From positions 140,908 through 204,907 of the forward strand of contig NIVC01002097.1 of the NCBI GenBank assembly GCA_002269645.1: a DNA stretch of 64,000 bases, written 5' to 3'. Each line of letters begins with the position of its first letter. The first letter of the stretch is position 1. Under the pieces are notes generated by a model, which saw nothing but the letters and a program-made list of their open reading frames with translations, made no database searches and had not been told where the DNA came from. This document shows positions 46,301 through 64,000 of the stretch, piece after piece. Made by a program: the position numbers and the translations under genes. Origin of the DNA: Macrostomum lignano (lineage: Eukaryota).

Positions 46301-49300
46301 CGTCCTTCTCGTCCAATCAGAATGCTGCAAAACTTTCAACAACCAATGAGATCAACGGTATTAAGAGGTCAAAGTCCCGCCTCTTGGTGAAGGTGATTCG
46401 AGCATCCGGCCTCGAGTCCGTCGCCTCGTCATCATTGGACGCCGCCAGCCGCAGCGCAGTGGTCCAGCTGGAACTGGACGAGCCCAGGCAGGTCCGCCAG
46501 ACCAAACCGGCCTATGGGGTGACCAATCCCTACTGGGATGAGCATTTTGTGCTGTGAGTCCGGTTGGCATGCTTCATCTTGCTTGCATCTTGAAATTTGT
46601 TGGCCTACTGGCTGGTTGGTTCGCAGGGGATTTGGGCACCTCCGCAAATCAAGGCTACTGGCTTAGTTGGTTCGCAGGGGATTTGGGCACCTCCGCAAAT
46701 CAAGGCTACTGGCTTAGTTGGTTCGCAGGGGCTTTGGGCACCTCCGCAAATCAAGGCTACTGGCTTAGTTGGTTCGCAGGGGCTTTGGGCACCTCCGCAA
46801 ATCAAGGCTACTGGCTTAGTTGGTTCGCAGGGGCTTTGAGCACCTCCGCAAATCAAGGCTACTGGCTTAGTTGGTTCGCAGGGGCTTTGGGCACCTCCGC
46901 AAATCAAGGCTACTGGCTTAGTTGGTTCGCAGGGGCTTTGGGCACCTCCGCAAATCAAGGCTACTGGCTTAGTTGGTTCGCAGGGGCTTTGGGCACCTCC
47001 GCAAATCAAGGCTACTGGCTTAGTTGGTTCGCAGGGGCTCTGGGCACCTCCGCAAATCAAGGCTACTGGCTTAGTTGGTTCGCAGGGGCTCTGGGCACCT
47101 CCGCAAATCAAGGCTACTGGCTTAGTTGGTTCGCAGGGGCTTTGGGCACCTCCGCAAATCAAGGCTACTGGCTTAGTTGGTTCGCAGGGGCTCTGGGCAC
47201 CTCCGCAAATCAAGGCTACTGGCTTAGTTGGTTCGCAGGGGCTTTGGGCACCTCCGCAAATCAAGGCTACTGGCTTAGTTGGTTCGCAGGGGCTTTGAGC
47301 ACCTCCGCAAATCAAGGCTACTGGCTTAGTTGGTTCGCAGGGGCTTTGGGCACCTCCGCAAATCAAGGCTACTGGCTTAGTTGGTTCGCAGGGGCTTTGG
47401 GCACCTCCGCAAATCAAGGCTACTGGCTTAGTTGGTTCGCAGGGGCTTTGGGCACCTCCGCAAATCAAGGCTACTGGCTTAGTTGGTTCGCAGGGGCTTT
47501 GGGCACCTCCGCAAATCAAGGCTACTGGCTTAGTTGGTTCGCAGGGGCTCTGGGCACCTCCGCAAATCAAGGCTACTGGCTTAGTTGGTTCGCAGGGGCT
47601 CTGGGCACCTCCGCAAATCAAGGCTACTGGCTTAGTTGGTTCGCAGGGGCTTTGAGCACCAAAGTTGAAACTGGAATAGTCGAGTTTAGAAAAATTACGA
47701 AAATAGTCAGCTTTGATAGGAAATACAAAATATGGCTTAAACATTGAGAATATTTAGTACAATACGATTTTCAAGATTAGTGGGTGCTGCATCCGATCTG
47801 AGTAGCCCCTAACCAGAGTACTGGAGAGAAACGGTTTTCCACAATGTCGGAATTAAAACAAAGAATGCTGCATCTCATTTGTCTCTTGTCGCAGCGAGTT
47901 GAGTCCGAACTCTACCCAGCTGACGGTGAGTCTGCAGCGGAATCAGCGGCAGTCACAGCTGGCCTCGGCTTGTCTGTCGCTGGCGAGTGTCCCACCTGGC
48001 GGCGCATGGGTTCTGCTGCCTCTGCCGCAGTCAGGCAGCGTCACCATGGAGCTGCTGGCACTGCCATCATTGGCTGATGAAGACAAGCCATCTGAAGATT
48101 CGAAATTTGCGTCAAAAGAATTTTCAAGTTCAGGTAATAATTTTTATAACTTTTTAATTGTGTTTAATGAGGCATGAGAGTTAGACATGACAGTCTCTGT
48201 CATTTAGACATGACAGTCTCTGTCAGTTAGACATGACAGTCTCTGTCAGTTAGAAATGACAGTCTCTGTCATTTAGACATGACAGTCTCTGTCAGTTAGA
48301 CATGACAGTCTCTGTCATTTAGACATGACAGTCTCTGTCAGTTAGACATGACAGTCTCTGTCAGTTAGACATGACAGTCTCTGTCAGTTAGACATGACAG
48401 TCTCTGTCAGTTAGACATGACAGTCTCTGTCAGTTAGACATGACAGTCTCTGTCAGTTAGACATGACAGTCTCTGTCAGTTAGACATGACAGTCTCTGTC
48501 ATTTAGACATGACAGTCTCTGTCAGTTAGACATGACAGTCTCTGTCAGTTAGAAATGACAGTCTCTGTCATTTAGACATGACAGTCTCTGTCAGTTAGAC
48601 ATGACAGTCTCTGTCAGTTAGACATGACAGTCTCTGTCAGTTAGACATGACAGTCTCTGTCAGTTAGACATGACAGTCTCTGTCAGCTAGACATGAAAGA
48701 GTTAGACATGACAGTCTCTGTCAGTTAGACATGACAGTCTCTGTCAGTTAGACATGACAGTCTCTGTCAGTTAGACATGACAGTCTCTGTCAGCTAGACA
48801 TGAAAGAGTTAGACATGACAGTCTCTCAAACGCCCTCACAGATGAAAGCAGCTCTCCGCTGTCGCAGCAAGTGGCCGAGTTCATGCGGCCTCTGCCGGAG
48901 ACGCCGCAGCGGCCAAAGCGGCTGTCCGGTGAATCTTTGAGAAACTTGCCGCCTCTTTTTGCAGGCCTTGAATTGAATCAAACTGAGCTCCCGTGCTGCG
49001 TGTTGTGACTTAATAGTACATGCTGCATAGTCAGCCCAGGCTGCTTGCGTCACACCTCAGGCTAGTCAGTGTGTGCGAATGAAAACTATGAAATTGTGCT
49101 CTGACTCACTCTGTGCTCTGACTCACCCTGTGCTCTGACTCACTCTGTGCTCTGACTCACTCTGTGCTCTGACTCACTCTGTGCTCTGACTCACTCTGTG
49201 CTCTGACTCACTCTGTGCTCTGACTCACTCTGTGCTCTGACTCACTCTGTGCTCTGACTCACCCTGTGCTCTGACTCACACTGTGCTCTGACTCACTCTG

Positions 49301-50492
49301 CGCTCTGACTCACTCTGTGCTCTGACTCAATCTGTGCTCTGACTCACTCTGCGCTCTGACTCACTCTGTGCTCTGACTCACTCTGTGCTCTCACTCACTC
49401 TGTGTACTGACTCAATCTGTGCTGACTCACTCTGTGAAATTTGCGACAGACAATTTTTGACAGTCGAATGCAGCCTTAAGCTCATTTCTGTCCCATCTCA
49501 CTCTCACCGCATGCCGTACAAGTTGGAGTTACTGCCTAAGGTGTTTAAGTACTCGAATTCTCAATTTCTCAGACCGACTCTCTTGCGCTGACGCAGACTG
49601 TCAAGGTGAACGAAGGCAAATCAGCGACTATTCCTATGCTAAACGGTACCGGGATATGGTGCGTACTTTGTTGCGGTCAGGTATTGCGTTGTTTTGCAAA
49701 TCAAGGTTGCAAACGCATGTTCTTGGCAATAGTGCGACACAGAAATATTTAGTAAAAAATTATTCATTTACTGTAGTTTCGATTATACGTGGATAATTTT
49801 ATCAGTGATTGATAGATAACAGGCCTTAGATAAGGAATCAGGTAAAATTAAACCTCTAATCGAGCGCGCTTTCATTCTGCCTGAGCTGCACGGCTAGGGC
49901 GTGGTCGCACCGACAGAGGTTTCACCGACACACTGCCTGTGGCTATCTTCATACAATGTGGAAATAAAATGCTTACGTCTGATGAATAGGTAGAACAACA
50001 TTTTCAAGCTAGCTGGTACTGGATGTAAGTTTATATTTGCTCCGTAATTTCAGGCCACGATGGAGTTCCAGATGTCCTATAAGAGGCGAAAAGGTGAGCG
50101 ATGCAAGACTGTCATGTCTAGCGATGCAGGACTGTTATGCCTAGCGATGCAGGAATGTCATGTCTAGCGATGCAGGAATGTCATGTCTAGCGATGCAGGA
50201 ATGTCATGTCTAGCGATGCAGGACTGTCATGTCTAGCGATGCAGGACTGTCATGTCTAGCGATGCAGGACTGTCATGTCTAGCGATGCAGGACTGTCATG
50301 GGCAATGTGGATTTATGAGCTTGTTGAGATGTTGAGTAGGTCGGCCCTGAGAACACCCTGCACGGCGGGGCCTGAACCTGCAGCTTTAACAAAATTTCAC
50401 CCCGGCAACTGCACCCGATTTCAGCCAGCCGCAGCAGGTCCATCGCTGACAAAGTCAGTCGGGCCCTGCAGGTGCGCAGGAGCGCGCAGTGA
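43321..50492 (+). CDS. C2CD2L: C2CD2/C2CD2L (TMEM24)-like ER lipid-transfer protein (TM-SMP-C2)
   Basis: In-phase exons 43321-43725 (TM; EICSWLNILIGWL), 43877-43969, 44057-44158, 45712-46553 (LLVKVIRASGL..LELDEPRQ..TNPYWDEHFVL), 47895-48133. Later exons are less certain: 48842-48928, ~49573-49650, 50055-50094, 50425-50492. Confidence 0.8.
44153..45686. repeat. 30-bp minisatellite (gctgaagtgagtgatcagtgttgagttcat) that includes the exon end and 5' splice site
   Basis: About 51 units starting at the exon 3 end GCTGAA|GTGAGT. Confidence 0.95.
46610..47660. repeat. 51-bp minisatellite in a C2CD2L intron
   Basis: About 20 near-identical units. Confidence 0.95.
48178..48826. repeat. 23-bp minisatellite (gttagacatgacagtctctgtca) with an internal palindrome
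   Basis: About 28 units, each containing TGACAG-tct-CTGTCA. Confidence 0.95.
49105..49435. repeat. 17-bp minisatellite (ctcactctgtgctctga)
   Basis: About 19 units. Confidence 0.92.
50107..50300. repeat. 23-bp minisatellite (gactgtcatgtctagcgatgcag)
   Basis: About 8 units. Confidence 0.92.
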
Positions 50493-50806
50493 GGGAGTTT
50501 CACGATTTTTTAGTCCTCATTTCACGCTTGTGCTTATTTCCTTTAAAACCTTTGAAACTAATCAAGTACATCTGAAAATTGTGTTCTTTTAATTTTAGTT
50601 TTTTTACCTGCGCCTACTTTATTTTTATCGAATATTTATTTTTCGAATTCAAGGCGATTTCGGCTTTTTTAAAAGAAAAACTGGTTTTTCTTTAACTGCA
50701 AAGTTCTGTCTTTCCTGTTTCTGTTTCAGCTGCTCTTCTTTTGGCTTTCATCAGGGTTTCGTTTTTATTGTTACATGTATATTGAAGGCTAATTAATATG
50801 CTACAG

Positions 50807-51090
50807 CAGTGGCGTAGCCAGGAATTTCAATTGGGGGGGGGGCGGGTTGGCTTGGCTGGCCATGCCTTATGCCATTCCCACTTTTAACGCCGCAGGCCCT
50901 CATTTTAGCGCCGCAGGCACTCATTTTAGCGCTGCAGGCACTCATTTTAGCGCTGCAGGCACTCATTTTAGCGCTGCAGGCACTCATTTGCCTCATGGTT
51001 TTTGGTACCCGCCGCGCCCAACTCTACCCCCCCCCAGGCGATTGGGGGTGGCCGCGGCCCCCCCGCCGCCCCCCCCTGGCTACGCCACTG
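50807..51090. mobile_element. hAT MITE (CAGTGGCGTAGCCAGG...CCTGGCTACGCCACTG)
   Basis: Perfect TIR and 8-bp TSD TGCTACAG; contains ~5 copies of the 21-bp unit also seen at 37185-37590. Confidence 0.93.
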
Positions 51091-52946
51091 TGCTACAGAT
51101 AATTTCTACAGAGTGTACGAGATATACTATATACTATACCAGATTGTAAGCAAGTATCATAATTTCTAGCGATATTCATAATCAAGTACCTGCAAATGAT
51201 TTCTGAAGAGAATACTATTTTATTATATTGTTGCGAAGTCAAATCATTCTGATGCTCGCATTCCTACTTATGAGTAGCAAGTACAGTAAAGCAATAGACT
51301 TCTGTTGCTATCTGATAATATTGAGGCTTGTGAATTCGAAAATGTCATTGATGATGAAGCGTATGGCTCCAGCCTCAGTCATGTACTTTTAAAAACATAA
51401 ATCTTTCAAACTGTTGTGAAAACTTGCAGGAATACAACTGGAACTTTCTGACTTATGCTGTTCTATAATCAGTGAGCTCAAACTGCCTCATTGTGTGCAC
51501 TTTTAGTTAATTGTTTTATCAACGAGCTGGCGAGCTTTAATGCTCTGCTACTTTGTTTGCGAGTTGTTCCAAGTTTTAGACTTGTTTGTCAGAGCCGAAA
51601 ATTGAACTCCTGGTTGAGTTTATTCGAAAGCGAGGTTCTGGGGACGGATAATCTAGAATGAACAAGGAAAATCCCCACTCGAAACGTACATGTATGTTCT
51701 AGTCTACGTTTGGATCGAGCGATAGCAGATCTCATCAGGAAGCACTTTCCGTTGTATAGAACGCTCAGGCTGCAGCTCAAGTGTTTTCTTATGAGTTTTT
51801 CAGGCTCTTAGACTCTTAGCTCATCGGTGAAGCAGAGTGACTGGAGCTGATGTTGCTGAAGCGCAGGAAGCTGCAAGCTGGCCCGCCTGAACCAGCTGTC
51901 ATGTTCAATGGACAGTCAGCGCTATACAGATTCAATGCTAACGTTGTGATTAATAAAATTTGTTTTTCCTGCAGTGCACATCGCAACAACTTTTACGATA
52001 ATAACGATCATATTACATGCATGTCGACTCTGAATAAACAGTCTGCAGTTACTGTTACGTAGATACATGTACAAGTTCTAAAAGCATGCATGCAAAACCG
52101 TAGAAAAACGTACATGTGTATGTACATTTCAGCGTCTGCCCTTGCATCAGACCGCAAGGTCCCTGTTTTGTGGTCAACTTTTTTTTAATTTAATTCAGTA
52201 GATACATATGTAGTTGCTATTGATCAGAGCGTGCTGCTGCCCAAATCAAGGCGACCATGCATACGCGGTAACGGTTGATCTGCAGCCAGCGATCGGAAAG
52301 GCAATTATGCGCACACACACTCGGGATTGTACACCTAACAATGCTGAACGGGGTTGTAATGTACATAAAATTGTTGTTGTTTGTACTGCAATATAAATAA
52401 AAATGACAAATGCCAAGGACCACTGAAGTTAATTATGCCATCTGTATGTTGTGTTTAATTGTACCGGTACTGGTCTAGTTTTGATACGATTATAAATATA
52501 AATGAAGTCAAGCTAGTGTAAAGAGCCTGTTTGGTGCAAATACGAATCATGGGCATCAGTTGAAAGCCAGAAAGTCAGAGGCTAAGCTAAACACTGATGT
52601 ACGTACAAATATGAGAAAATAAACACAGATTCAATGTGAGATTTTCCAAAAATTCTAAAAACTTTCATCGTAAACTCCCGAATTATAGTTTTTTTAATTA
52701 GGCTGAATTGTTAGCTTTTAAAACATGGGTCTTTTGTTTTGTTTGCATAAAGTAACTCTTGCAAGTTTGAATTTTTCTTATTCTTCGAAACAGTCTGGTT
52801 TCCGTACCCTTGAACAGCAACAGCCCACTGAGATACGTTGCTTTATATTGCGGCCTATGAAACTGTATCTAACCCATTTGTGTTCTTTTCAGTTAAATTT
52901 AAAACACGTAGGATAATTGAAATCAGGGGTTTTATTTTTGCGTATA

Positions 52947-63895
<10,949 letters not shown>

Positions 63896-64000
63896 TGAAC
63901 GATCTGCTTTGAGCGAAGTGCGGATAAACTGGCATGAAGTGGACCAAAACTTCAATAATTCGCTTGTCAGCTACTCTTTATGCTTCAGCGTCTGTTTAGC

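Noticed and set aside
46554-47747. Read-through of the 51-bp array as an extension of the C2CD2L exon
   Set aside because: The exon frame hits TGA immediately (GTG CTG TGA), so the 397-aa ORF is in another frame
44153-48826. CRISPR-like appearance of regular, partly palindromic 23-51-bp repeats
   Set aside because: Units are head-to-tail with no unique spacers, there are no cas genes, and the context is eukaryotic introns

Overview
Eukaryotic (animal) genomic DNA with GC-rich exons and GT-AG introns packed with tandem repeats. The style suggests a Macrostomum-like flatworm, but that is inference only. Genes: a ZIFL-like MFS transporter (-) with a decayed RTE-type LINE upstream or in intron 1; an intronless type II membrane glycosyltransferase (-); WTAP/fl(2)d (+); a two-exon TPR-like gene (+); an intronless C-type lectin + PAN protein (-); a multi-CUB protein (-); C2CD2L/TMEM24 (+); DSTYK (+). 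Many DNA-transposon derivatives have visible TSDs, including a 3.4-kb palindromic hAT element with nested MITEs and a 6.8-kb CMC/EnSpm-like element carrying a BEN-domain gene inside a WTAP intron. Most notable signals: (1) two inverted, diverged copies of the 28S rRNA R2/I-PpoI target segment inside the 3.4-kb hAT element, one of them within a TSD-flanked MITE; (2) position-specific CpG erasure in the 5' part of four genes, with a split minisatellite and a TIR pair acting as internal controls; (3) intronic minisatellites that interact with splicing signals (about 51 tandem donor sites, inverted complementary arrays flanking exons, and an open 3n intron); (4) a possible horizontally acquired glycosyltransferase. 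All coordinates and counts were read by eye; no searches were run.
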